The notes under the pieces: model-generated
What the model saw: the letters and a program-made list of their open reading frames with translations, nothing else
Databases searched by the model: none
Told to the model about the DNA's origin: nothing
Assembly (NCBI GenBank): GCA_030390025.1
Contig: CM059432.1
Span: 133,488,001 to 133,552,000 of the forward strand
Source: Squalus acanthias
Taxonomy: Eukaryota
Length of the DNA stretch: 64,000 nucleotides
Direction of reading: 5' to 3'
Program-made: the position numbers and the translations under genes
Shown here: positions 51,301 to 62,514 of the stretch, piece by piece
Layout: every line of letters starts with the position of its first letter
Position numbering within the stretch: the stretch's first letter is position 1

Positions 51301-51765
51301 GTGTCAGATGTGATTCAGTGGGTAGCACCCTTGCCTCTGAGTCAGAAGGTTGTGGGTTCATAGTCCCACTCCAGAGACTTGAGCACAAAAATCTAGGCTG
51401 ACACTCCAGTGCAGTACTGAGGGAGTGCTGCACTGTCAGAGGTGCCGTCTTTCAGATGAGATGTTAAACCGAGGCCCCGTCTGCTCTCTCAGGTGGACGT
51501 AAAAGATCCCATGGCACTATTTTGAAGAAGAGCAGAGGAGTTATCCCCGGTGTCCTGGCCAATATTTATCCCTCAACCAACATCACTAAAACTATCTGTT
51601 CATTATCATATTGCTGTTTGTGGGAGCTTGCTGTGTGCAAATTGGCTGCCACGTTTCCTACATTACAACAGTGACTGCACTTCAAAAAGTACTTGATTGG
51701 CTGTAAAGCGCTTTGGGACGTCCGGTGGCGTGAAAGGTGCTATATAAATACAAGTCTTTCTTTTT
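51301..51765 (+). mobile_element. Full-length DeuSINE
   Basis: Head, central domain and tail are all present. Confidence 0.9.
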
Positions 51766-52096
51766 TTTTAAATTGGGAAAGGGGACAGACTCCACAGTAA
51801 GGACTACAGAATATCAGTCCCCCTTTCCCAGACCTGGAGCAGGAGTATACAAATCAGGAATAGAACAAATCTTTAGCAGACCACTAAAAAATGGGCAGCG
51901 ATCAATCACTCGTGGGTAGTATTGCAGAAGAAATGGAATGCAATCAGGGTTTCTACAACACGGCACGGATTTTAGCTAAGCAGTAAGATAAAGTCTCTCT
52001 TTCTCTCGCACACGCACAGACATACACACAATCAGCTTATGTAGGCAATAATAGTATATATATGATTACTAGCTGTTCTCTCATACATGGAATATT

Positions 52097-52239
52097 GGGG
52101 TAATTTTCAACTTCCCTACCTGGGCGCTACCCTAGTGGAGTGAATGGCCCATCCAGTTTTCATTCCAGGATTCAATGGGTTGAAAACCAGGCAGGTTCTA
52201 CAATGGGCAGGCAGTTCTGGCAAGTTGAAAATTGCTCCC
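52097..52239. mobile_element. Small palindromic MITE
   Basis: GGGGTAATTTTCAACTT / AAGTTGAAAATTGCTCCC. Confidence 0.75.
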
Positions 52240-54288
52240 ATACAATTGATTCAACAGAAATGAGATGACAGCCCAACCAGAACGATTTCCCTATATTCCA
52301 TCGGCACTAGTTGGTTGTCATGAAGACACGGAAAAAGACAAAACGGACTTTCAAATTTACTGAATCCCAGAATGGTTAACTTGAAGTTGCAGAAAATAAT
52401 AAGGTTGGAGGCTGTTTCACGGGCAAACTGATGAGCTAAGGCCTTTTCTCTCATACATGAAATGATTTTTTGTAAACTTAATCTGGTTCCTAGCAGGTAA
52501 AATCCACTACATAAAACTGCCAGTTGGCACTAAATTGGCAATCTTACCCAGAGAGACCACGGGACACCTGGTATGGCAAATGGAAATAATGCTCAGGTAA
52601 GGTAGTACTCTTCTGAGACACAAGGGGCGGTGTAAAAAAAGGTTTATTCTGCCTCTAGCTGTTAGACAAAGGAACCCGTACTTCCAGTCACCTTTACAAC
52701 GCGGTCAGCTGTCAATAACAGACACACTTCACATTCCTGACCAACAGCTAATACAAGTTAATAGGAGTTCTCCATTTAGCACCCACTCAATCCCCAAAAC
52801 ATGCTAAAATACTCCATAGGTATAATGAGCCCAGAAATTGGGCTACTAACCTCCATCCGTTTGTGCCATAATCCTGGAAAAAAAGGCGGCCACCGCTCTA
52901 ATGTCCATCTCTGGCACGGGATTTGGGGGCCGCCATTTTGGTGAGGGCCTTAGCGCTGCCGATAGCAGTGCTGGCCCTGGACATACAAATATGGAGAGCG
53001 TGACGCTCTGCGAGCTTGGACCTTTGCGCTGACTTTAGTGCTGGGTCCTAAGCTCGCTCTGAAAAGCGAGCATGCAGCAGACTGACAGATGCACTGTCAA
53101 TACTTCTTAAAGGGACACACGCATCTTTCAGGTAAGTTTGCATTTAAGCTTTTGGGTTGGATTTTTTATGTTTTCTTGAAGCAGTGGTTTGGTGCAACAC
53201 AAGTTAAAAGTTTTTAACCTGTGCAGGGAGTGCTGCTGGATGCTTGCAAGGCCTCGGATAGTAAAGGAAAGCCTCTGAGAAGACAGAAAATGCTGGAAAT
53301 ACTCAGCAGGTCAGGCAGCATCCAAGGAGAGAGAAACAGAGCCCACAGCTCAGATCAAGATGCTGGCTGAGTTGCTGAGTATTTCCAGCATTTTAGGCTA
53401 TTATTTCAGATTTACAGTGTCCACTTGCAGAGGGAAGAGGAAGACGCAGAAGAGGAAGACACAGAAGAGGAGGAAGCAGAATGGAAGGATACAACCCAGG
53501 CAGCCTCTTTCTGGCCGGGATATCCGGGATGGAATCGTCTGCCTGCAGTGCCAGTGACCACAACCCCAATTCCCCTTTCAACATTTGTCTTACCTTCTCC
53601 TCTGTTACTGACCATCATAGCTTCCTCTTGAACGCAATGCTGAAATAAAAGCCACCACAAAGCAAACTCTCCAAACCAACTTTATACATCAATCCATCCA
53701 ATATGACATCAAGAAATTACCTAATCACCCTTGACCATTCCCTTAGTGACTGTCTTGTGTGTGCCTTTGCCTATCCTACTGATGTCACGCAGTGCTACCC
53801 CAGTGGCTGCAGCATGGCTGGTGGAAGGCTGCTGACTTTCAGTGGGGGACACTGCAAATGGCCTTGCTGTCGACCCTAAGGAGCTGGTGGCTGGGAGTGT
53901 CAAATCGAGTGACGGTGTTTCTTCTTCTTCTTCTTCACTCTCCTCTCCTTCTTCTTGGTCAACCACTGGCTGGGCAGGCTGCATTTCTTGGGTGTGTGAA
54001 ATGAGGAAGGGTGGAGTTGTGGTGACGGGAGGGCGGGAAAGAAAGAGGTGCATGCGAGAAGGAGGATAACGTGTGAGGATGCCAGCATTTTGTATCCTTT
54101 CAGCCCCGCCGCTGGCCAAGGGCTCAGCCATGCCCCTGCCAAGAATAGCCAGCACCGGCTCCTCCAAGGGGTTGAGGTGAAGCTAGGAATGGGAAGTGTG
54201 CCTCATGTTTGGTAGAGATTGTTGGTAGGTGAGTGATTGGGGTGCGGGGGAGGGGGGGGGGGCGAGGGGAGGGTCGTGCATTGAGTAG

Positions 54289-55295
54289 TCTTCTTTTTTA
54301 TGGTAGTAGCAAAGCAAATCAAATGCCAATATCTAAGTTGGATATCCAGGCCAAAGCATCCGGTATAACAGCGTGGATATCTTGTTGGCTGCCTGCAAAT
54401 TTCCTCTGAGGGCAGTGCTCAATGATGTGCTCCAGGGTCTGATCAGGAGCTCCACAGTCGCATGATGGGGATGCTTTAATCTTCCATCTATGGAGAAGGT
54501 GGCAGCATCTACCATGACCAGTTCTGAGGTGGTTGATGGTTGTCCTCTGTTTGCGAGGAAGGTTTGATCCTTCAGGTTGTACTGTGGGGTCCTCTATAAG
54601 GAATCCATTCCGTATGTTGCAGTTATTCCAAGCATTTTGCCATCGGTCATCAAGGCTGAGGGGAGATCGCTGAAGGGCTCCGGCGAAGGTCCAAAATGGC
54701 CTTCTATATTTGAGACGGGTTGGTGGTAGGTTGTTCAAATCGGCCTGGATCGGCATATCTTTGCTGGTGTAGTGGTTGTGTTCTCTGGAGACTGCATATT
54801 CGCAGCGTAGGTGTGGTGGTGCGATGTTTGCAAGCATGGGCAGCCAAGGTGTTGGTGTCAATAAAAGCGTACCGGTGATAATTCTCATAGTAGAATTCAG
54901 CTGGACATCAACGGATTTGACATGTGGACTTGATAGCCATGACGGAGAGAAGTACTCCGCTGTAGAGTATACCAGGGCATGTGCTGCCGTACGGGGGGTT
55001 TGAGCGTCTGCTCCCCATGTGGATCCGGCGAGTTTCTGGATCAAGTTGACCCTGCTCTTCAGTTTCTTCCCAAGGTTCTGGAGATGCTGCCTATATGACA
55101 GGGTGCGATCAAGCATGACTCCTAAATAGGAGGATTTTTTGGCATGGTTTACCTCTGTGCCGCAAAAGAAGACTTTCAAAGCTTGGCTTGCTTGATGGGT
55201 GTTGAGGTGGAATGTCGAGGTGAGTGTCTTTTGCGGGTTTGGCCGAAGTCGCCATCGGCAGAAGTAGGCCTCCATCCTCTGTAAATCACTGGTTA
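54289..55295 (-). mobile_element. Vingi/Ingi-like (I-group) LINE, 5'-truncated
   Basis: Absent from the paralog at about 6700; tail AAAAAAGAAGA; possible TSD GTAGT. Confidence 0.8.
54319..55275 (-). CDS. Open 318-aa C-terminal part of LINE ORF: RT thumb, no RNase H, C-terminal zinc knuckle
   Basis: WRLRPNPQKT, YLGVMLDRTLSY, KLAGSTWGA, LVYSTAEY, MRIITG, LRTGHGRC, CDCGAPDQTLEHIIEHCP. Confidence 0.85.
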   Translation of the reverse strand: MEAYFCRWRLRPNPQKTLTSTFHLNTHQASQALKVFFCGTEVNHAKKSSYLGVMLDRTLSYRQHLQNLGKKLKSRVNLIQKLAGSTWGADAQTPRTAAHALVYSTAEYFSPSWLSSPHVKSVDVQLNSTMRIITGTLLLTPTPWLPMLANIAPPHLRCEYAVSREHNHYTSKDMPIQADLNNLPPTRLKYRRPFWTFAGALQRSPLSLDDRWQNAWNNCNIRNGFLIEDPTVQPEGSNLPRKQRTTINHLRTGHGRCCHLLHRWKIKASPSCDCGAPDQTLEHIIEHCPQRKFAGSQQDIHAVIPDALAWISNLDIGI

Positions 55296-56350
55296 GGGTA
55301 GTGTGTGTGTCAGGCTAGTGGTGCAGTTGGTAGGAGATGGCTTTTGAAGATTCACTGACGTTGAGCACTGTTCTGAGGTCATGAAGCTTCTTTGGGCACT
55401 GGAGCCAGGTGGTGGGGGCGACACTGCTGGCAGTGACGGCCTTGGTGATCTGGTCCCATATCGTTCTTTCTGGAGGGCCTCCTGGCCCCTGTGGGTAGAG
55501 GACCTCTCTTGCAGTGTTGATCCCCTGCACAAAGCTGGAGTGCTGTGTGCGAGACCCTGGGGGCCTCTTCCCTGGCTTGCTGAGTCATTTGTGTTAGTGC
55601 TGAAGCACTTCTCCCTTTTATTAGGTGCGGAAAGCAATTCAGCTTCAAGAGCTGAAGACTCCCATTTGGGAATTCTTTTTAATGTTAATTTTTTCAGAAG
55701 GCAGTTGAGCTGTAAGGGCTAAAAACTGCCTATTTTTAAATGATTTTTATTTTTTTCATTTTAGAAGGCAGATCCCCTTTAAGGGACCAATGCTGCTTTT
55801 TAAAATGACAGGCTAGCTTTAAGAGAAGGCGGTGCTTGCTGTAATGACGCTACGGCCATGCTACATTGGGCCTCCAGCTGGGACTACCGCCACAGAAACA
55901 GCCTAAACGGTAGGTTTAGCGCTGGGCTAATGTTAATTAGACACTAGCACCAATATCCCAGTCCTGCCAGCGCCATTAATTTCGGCGGCCATTAACTCTG
56001 GCGGAGCCCTCAGTGGCACCAGCAGGTTTTCAGCGCTCTCCAATATTTGGCCCATTGTGTGGAGAATGGAAATGTCATGCGCTTCACTACATGGTGCTCC
56101 CTTTAATTAGAATTAGAATTGGAATTTAGATGACATTACTGCTGGTTGAGCGAGACTGTGGGGGATTCATTGGTTTGTGCCTGTTTTCGAACGTGAACCA
56201 GTTAGTGCGCAAAAGGTCCACGCCAAAAAAGGCTGGACTGAATACCACCGGAAATTGGTCCTCAGGGACCATTTAATATTTATGGGAATAACAACAGAAA
56301 ATGCTGGAAATACTCAGCAGGCCAGGCAGCATCCGTGGAGAGAGAAACAG

Positions 56351-56387
56351 AGTTAACGTTTCAGGTCGGAGACCCTTCGTCAGAACT
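56351..56387 (-). ncRNA. Minimal type I hammerhead ribozyme
   Basis: AGTT-CTGACGA-AGGGTC-TCC-GACCT-GAAACGTT-AACT. Confidence 0.85.
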
Positions 56388-56794
56388 GGAAAAAGTTAGA
56401 AATGTAACAGGTTTTAAGCCCGTAAGCGTGACCCCGAGCTTCCGGTCGCTTGTCACTTTAATTCTCCGCTCCACTCCCACTCTGACCTCTCTGTCCTCGG
56501 CCTCTTACACTGCTCCAATGAAGCTCAACATAAGCTCGAGGAACAGCAGCTCATCTTTCGATTAGGCACTTTACAGCCTTCTGGATTCAACATCGAGTTC
56601 AACAATTTCAGACCATAACCCCTCTTTTTTCAGGCGGCAGCTGTTTATGATTCTGCCATCCCCATTTGCAACATTTAACCACTCCTGCCTTGCATTCTGG
56701 CACAGACTGTCCCTTAAGTTCCTTCCTCCCCTCCCCACCCCCTTCCCCCCCTCTGGCACCTGCTTAAAAACCTGTTACATTTCCAACTTTTTCC

Positions 56795-56831
56795 AGTTCT
56801 GACGAAGGGTCTCCGACCTGAAACGTTGACT
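56795..56831 (+). ncRNA. Minimal type I hammerhead ribozyme
   Basis: AGTT-CTGACGA-AGGGTC-TCC-GACCT-GAAACGTT-GACT (G-U wobble in helix I). Confidence 0.85.
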
Positions 56832-57957
56832 CTGTTTCTCTCTCCACGGATGCTGCCTGGCCTGCTGAGTGTTTCCAGCGTTTTCTGTTGCTGTTTCAGA
56901 TTTCCAGCATCCGCAGTATTTTGCTATTGTGTTAATATTTACGGGTGCTGGCAGCACGCCCAGGTCATGTGATCCAATCTACCTGCTTCTCCGGCACCGG
57001 CCCTCGGGTAAATGCTGGGGGCGGGGGGGGGAGTGGGGGTGAGGAGAAGTGGGGAAGGAAGAGTACAATCGCGGGCCAGCAGCAATCCTCAGGAGGGCCG
57101 TGGAGTGGGAGGAGCACTTCTGCTCCTCCTGATTCCGCCTCAAATTTACCTTTTTGGTGTCAGCCACTTGCTGCGTCGCGGCCACACCAGCAAGGCCTGA
57201 GTGGAGCAGGCCCAATGGCCCGCTCAGGGCAGCCCAGTTTCCCAGAGGGGACCTAAAACAGGCATTAGGCCCCTCATCAACATATGCAAGGGACGGAACG
57301 CCCGTTTTAGGTGGCCGTCCCAGACACATGAATAATGGGCCGGCTCAATATTGGGCCGGATGTCTTTCACACCCCCTTGGGGTGCAGGACCCCAAAATTA
57401 GCCCCCGTTGCGCCCGTTTTAAGCCCATAAAACAGCCACAACGAGGTCCAATTTCTTCCCCCATGTGTCAAAATCCAGCAGTGCTAGCACGGGTCTCACA
57501 TAGTATAAAAGCAGCTTCCATCATTTACTGGTTGTACACAGACACGTGTATGCTACAGGCTTTTATGGGTGCGATAATCTTTAGAATCTAATTGCACCTT
57601 CTTGTTCTGTTTACATTTACGCATTTGCGTTTGCTAAAAAGTAAACTACTGAAAGATATTTTGCTAATGCAATTTTACAAGAAACTAAACAAAATTAGAG
57701 AGTCATTCAGAATACTGCGGGCACTAATGTATGATGGGAACTAGCTGGTAGGACTTTGTAACCCTCACAGATGCAGCAAATTGGGCAGTTGTGACATTTA
57801 TGAAAAGTAAGGGTAAGTGCAAAAAAAGTGTTCTACCAAATCAAAATATTCCATTAACCAAAAGGTTAAAAATATAGGTGGCAATACATATGAATTCAAG
57901 TTAGCTCGTCATTTCAATGACACTCGACACATTTGCATTTGCTATTTCCTTTCTATA

Positions 57958-58840
57958 ATCGTATCCTAACTCACACCAAGTCCCGTTCACCCTTCACCCC
58001 TGTGCTCGCTGACCTACATTGGCTCCCGGTCCAGCAACGGCTCAATTTTAAAATTCTCATCCTTGTTTTCAAATCCCTCTATGGCCTCGCCCCTCCCTAT
58101 CTCTGTAACCTCCTCCAACCCTCCGAGATCTCTGCACTCCTCCAATTCTGGCCTCTTGCGCCTCCTTGATTTACATCGCTCCACCACTGGCGGCCATGCC
58201 TTCAGCTGCCTGGGCCCTAAGCTCTGGAATTCCCTCCCTAAACCTCTCCGCTTCTCTACCCCTCTCTCCTCCTTTAAGACGCTCCTTAAAACCTACCTCT
58301 TTGAACAAGCTTTTGGTCACCTGTCCTAATATTTCCTTATGTGGCTCGGTGTCAAATTTTGTCTTATAATACTCCTGTGAAACGCCGTGGGATGTTTTAC
58401 TACATTAAAGGCGCTATATAAATGCAAGTTTTTGTTGTTGTTATGTCATTTTCATGCAACTTGACTTAGTTGGTAGTATTCCAACATCAAAAGATTGTGA
58501 GTTGAGACCAACACCACAGCCTCAGGGTTTAACATCTAACACCAACTAACATCTAACTTTGTGTAATTTGACTGAGAACTTTTGTTTGAACACTGCCGAT
58601 AATTTTTCCTTGCTTGTTCTGTCAGTAAAACCATAGCCTTAATTGACTGATTGCATTTAGTGAAGGCATTAAATGACACAAAAGACAATTCAGTGGATGA
58701 ATGTAATCATGCTGTTGTGAAATATGTAATTTTGTGAATTTTTTATTTTGTTTAAACCCTTATTTTGTTTGATAATCGTTCCTATGAAGCGCCTTGGGAT
58801 GTTTTACTCTGTTAAAGGTGCTACATAATTGCAAGTTGTC
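57958..58840 (+). mobile_element. L2-type LINE 3' end with duplicated tail enclosing a templated insertion
   Basis: TPVLADLHWLPVQQRLNFKIL, GGHAFSCLGPKLWNSLP; the tail is present twice (about 58355-58440 and 58762-58840). Confidence 0.88.
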
Positions 58841-58860
58841 GATGTATAATGGATACTTAC

Positions 58861-58994
58861 ATCTTCCTTTGCCTTTCTCGGAGTTCAGACGGGGCGGAGG
58901 ATTGCAACACATTGTCCACATTGTTCACCTGATTCTGTAACAGCGTGCCTACCTCACTGCGTGCAAAACCTGTGCTGCTTATAGCACCAAACAC
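58861..58994 (-). CDS. Internal coding exon of an unidentified host gene (VFGAISSTGFARSEVGTLLQNQVNNVDNVLQSSAPSELRERQRK), phase 0 to 2
   Basis: Strong acceptor TTTTTTCTCTCTCTCTTCTGTAACTGTCTCAG, consensus donor GTAAGT, 134 bp, open frame, unique sequence with retained CpGs. Confidence 0.7.
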
Positions 58995-59066
58995 CTGAGA
59001 CAGTTACAGAAGAGAGAGAGAAAAAAAATCTCTTTACTTTGTATTCTCTAAAATATTGGAAATAAT

Positions 59067-59634
59067 GGGCCCGATTTTAACTGCCCCCACCTGGCAAACC
59101 GTGTCGGGGGAGGCGGCAGTTATAATAACTGTTGTCAGTTACCTCCCCCACCACCCCCCCCCCCCGGCCCCGCAACCCCCTAACCTCGATCCCACTTCCT
59201 TCCTGGCCTGTCCCCATAGTAACCTGCTCTTTTGAGCAGGTGTGCAGGACACGCGCAGGCTATCATAACAACGTCTGAAGCTATTGATCCTGGAAAAACA
59301 AAAGCTTCCAGGAGCCGGATCCTTAGCCGGAAGAGGCCTAGCAACTAAAGTTTGAAATTTATTTTTCAAGTTTTCTTATGAGGCCGGGGGTGGGGGGGGA
59401 TAAGGAGTGCCTTCCTGGGCCTCACAAGGAAGCCTTTGGTACCCCCCTTGAACCGTGCTTCCCTCCTCCCCACCCTCAGGCTGAAGATCTGTCCAGCTGT
59501 CGAGCGGAAGACTGTGGCATTTTATTTAAACGAGGCCCCGCTGGTAAGATCGGTCGGGCCTCCACATCCCCGGCCTTGCCGAGTTCTTCGGCCGATTACA
59601 TCCTCCCCGCCTCCCCCCTGTTAACATCAGGGCC
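59067..59634. mobile_element. Harbinger-type MITE
   Basis: TIRs GGGCCCGATTTTAAC / GTTAACATCAGGGCC; AAT on both flanks. Confidence 0.8.
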
Positions 59635-60087
59635 AATGTATCAGGCCACGACTGGAAAACTGCACGGCATAACGCTGAGAAAATGTTCTAAGCACTGTCT
59701 CATTTGCAGACACATTATTAAATTTGCCACACAAATGGAAATGATGGCTGACTTCACTGCACCGAAGGCTGTTAACTTAGTGTAATATTTATGTTATGTA
59801 AGTATGAATAAAGTTCACGGTGAAAAAGAAAAATGCTAAAATACTTCTTAGGTATCACCTCTGATTATAATGTGTGGAGAATGGAAATGTCACGCGCTTC
59901 AATACATAGGGCTGCTTTGAAGCTGGAATTTAGATTGCATTACTGCAGGGGCACTTTAGAGGACAACTAGCAACGCTACTGGCATAGGAAGTGCTTCCTT
60001 CAGTAATATTCAGAGAAATAATAGACTCTATTAACACTATCACAAATATTGAATTTTGTAGGGTGCCTTCCTAATACTGTACAAACG

Positions 60088-60533
60088 TCATAGAATCATA
60101 GAATAGTACAGCACAGAAGGAGGTCATTCGGCCCATCGTGCCTGTGAAAGAGCTATCCAATTAGTCCCACTCCCTACCCTTTCCCCATAGCCCTGCAGAT
60201 TTTTCATTTTCAAGTATTTATCCAAATCCCTTTTGAAAGTTACTATTGAATCTGCTTCCACCGCCCTTTCAGGCAGTGCGTTCCAGATCATAACAACTTG
60301 CTGCATAAAAAAAACTCCTCATGTCGCCTCTGATTCTTTTGCCAATCACCTTAAATCTGTGTCCTCTGGTTGTCGACCCTTCTGCCACCGGAAACAGTTT
60401 CTTCCTATTTACTTTATCAAAAACCCTTTAAGATTTTGAACGCCTCTATCAAATCTTCCCTTAACCATCTCTGCTCTCAGGAGAACAACCCCAGTTTGCC
60501 TAGTCTCTCCACGTAACTGAAGTCTTCCATCCC
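60088..60533 (-). mobile_element. CR1 3' end
   Basis: VVMIWNALPERAVEADS; (CATAGAAT)n tail. Confidence 0.88.
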
Positions 60534-61839
60534 TCATAGAACTTATTATTCGGCCAACAACAATTTATGCCGTGGACTTTATAAAAAACCAATGAACAGC
60601 CATGAGAACAGAGCGATGGAGTTCCAAGCCCAGTCGTTACTGACATTCACATGCGGTTCCCCTTGAGGTTGTCCTTCACCGCCCTTTGCTTGGTCCCGTG
60701 TGGGAGGAAAGGGATATTGTCTGGTAAAGAGGGTTCCTTCCAACACCACTCAAATACACCAATGGATGGCAGTGTCCACGATCCCCTGGGATGGCTGCCT
60801 TGCCTTCCCAACTGGGTAGGACAATATGGGGTGAGGGAGGGAGAATTTATATATTGAAAAAAAAAATGCAAATTGAGAGAGGTAGAAGCACTGAAAATAA
60901 AATAATTAGTAAAATGAAAAAGGCAGGAATATTGCAAAGAGGTGAAAGGTGGGTTTCATAAATATTGCTAAACACATGTGGTAAGGCTTAATACAGGACC
61001 AGTCAGATCAGGCCTGGATATAGAAGGATTCAGGTGGGTCAGCGTGACGGCGATAGCTTAACCTAGAAAAATGTGTGAAACAGTCCCTTTTGCAACGCAA
61101 ATTGAAATATGTGAAAACTGATAGGAGGCAAACCAACATTTTCAAATTCTGCAACGACGACAGATTGAAATCTGAAATATTAGGATAGGAAGGAGATTCT
61201 GATATAATATTAGAACAGTGCATTAATTCATATAAAATACTAGCATAAACAGCAAGTTTCCCGAATAAAACAATATCCAGTATGTCGCCAGTATGGAACT
61301 ATTATCATTTATCGTTAGAGATATATATAATTTAAAACATTATACAATGGATCTGTCTGAGCCAATGCTATCAGCTGTCTTATTTGACTCTATTGATTAT
61401 CCTGACAGAAACACACACAAAACACCAGTTTAACATTTAACAAATTTTAACTATGCAATTTTCTAGCTTTACCATAAAATGAATCATTGATTAGTGAATG
61501 TCACTTTCAATAATGCCCTCCCCTTTCACAAAAAAAAAGATTTAGTTCAGTGAGGTGAGTAAATGACACAAAACTTGCATTGCATATTGATCTGGAGTGT
61601 GTGTGTTTTTTTTTACTTTAACTAACGACACACCAGGGTTTATTATATTTAGCACTAAAATGATGCGTTGGAAGATTAGAACCTAACAAAGGGCAAGCAT
61701 TGCTCTGGTCACAGTGTGTAAAAATGTTGTAAAAGGTTACATGCAGCAATTCTTCCCCCAAAGTGTTTTAAAGAGATTTACACAGACATTGCTGTTATGC
61801 TAATGTGAAGATAATGTTATAAGGTGGACAAAGCTAGGT

Positions 61840-62514
61840 TGTGCTGGGTTTTTATGGCGCACTTCGCCTGAAATCGGCGTAACCCGCCCAAAAGATCACA
61901 GATTTTTAAGCGCAAATAACGTCCAGCGCAAATCGAGTTTCCACGATCATTTGCGCTAGTTTAAAAAACATCTCGCTAGAAGCCGGCCTCGCCCACTAAA
62001 CTGGCCACGGCCCCTAGGATGCATTCATCACCATTGGGAGTTTCTGCTAATTGCGCTCGTTTGCAGGACTTCGAGGAGGCTCTAAAAAAATTAAGCTGGT
62101 TCTTTTGGGCGCAAGGACACTAACAAGCATGTTTTAAAAGCTTTTGAATGTATTTTTTATTTATTTACGAAGAAGCTGACTGCTGTATCCCAAAATAACT
62201 AGCAAATGGTTCTGTATATTAAGATCAGGTTGCTCACGGGTGGTGGATTAAGACTGTGCTTAAAATGCTTACTTTTTGTGATAAACCCATTTTCAGGTGT
62301 ATTAGTGAAACAGCACCAAGTTACCAATTTTAAATATATCAAGGAAAATTTTTGAAAGCAAACTTTGTTTTTAAAATGATTTTGCGTTCGGCAATATGCA
62401 AATGAGTTTGAGCAGAAACGCAAGAGAAAAATAAACGCCTCTCGAAACTCGCGCAATTTTGGGCACAGTTTGCGGCCGGGTCGCCGATTGCACCCAAAGC
62501 GGAAACTCTACCCC
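61840..62514. mobile_element. MITE-like element
   Basis: GC-rich arms around an AT-rich core, like the other MITEs; right end GGAAACTCTACCCC, left end degenerate. Confidence 0.5.

Larger units (their letters stand above)
52827..56053 (-). mobile_element. Non-autonomous Harbinger derivative, inverted paralog of 6001-8341
   Basis: TIRs GAGCCCAGAAATTGG / CCAATATTTGGCCC; flanks AAT/ATT; collinear with 6001-8341; empty-site paralog at 59833-59947. Confidence 0.85.
56287..56931 (+). mobile_element. Penelope-like element 3' end: inverted pLTR + GIY-YIG C-terminus + pLTR
   Basis: Reads LPVACHFNS...KLEEQQLIFRLGTLQPSGFNIEFNNFRP* at about 56439-56618; 56287-56418 is the reverse complement of about 56765-56895; 14-bp TSD TTAATATTTA(T/C)GGG. 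Confidence 0.92.
56159..57464. mobile_element. GC-rich MITE containing a Penelope insertion
   Basis: TIRs TGGGGGATTCATTGG / CCAATTTCTTCCCCCA; related to 4989-5610. Confidence 0.7.

Noticed and set aside
4989..58766. One large inverted segmental duplication explaining the left/right similarities
   Set aside because: Order and orientation of the shared blocks are inconsistent with a single inversion, and the transposon copies have different flanks.
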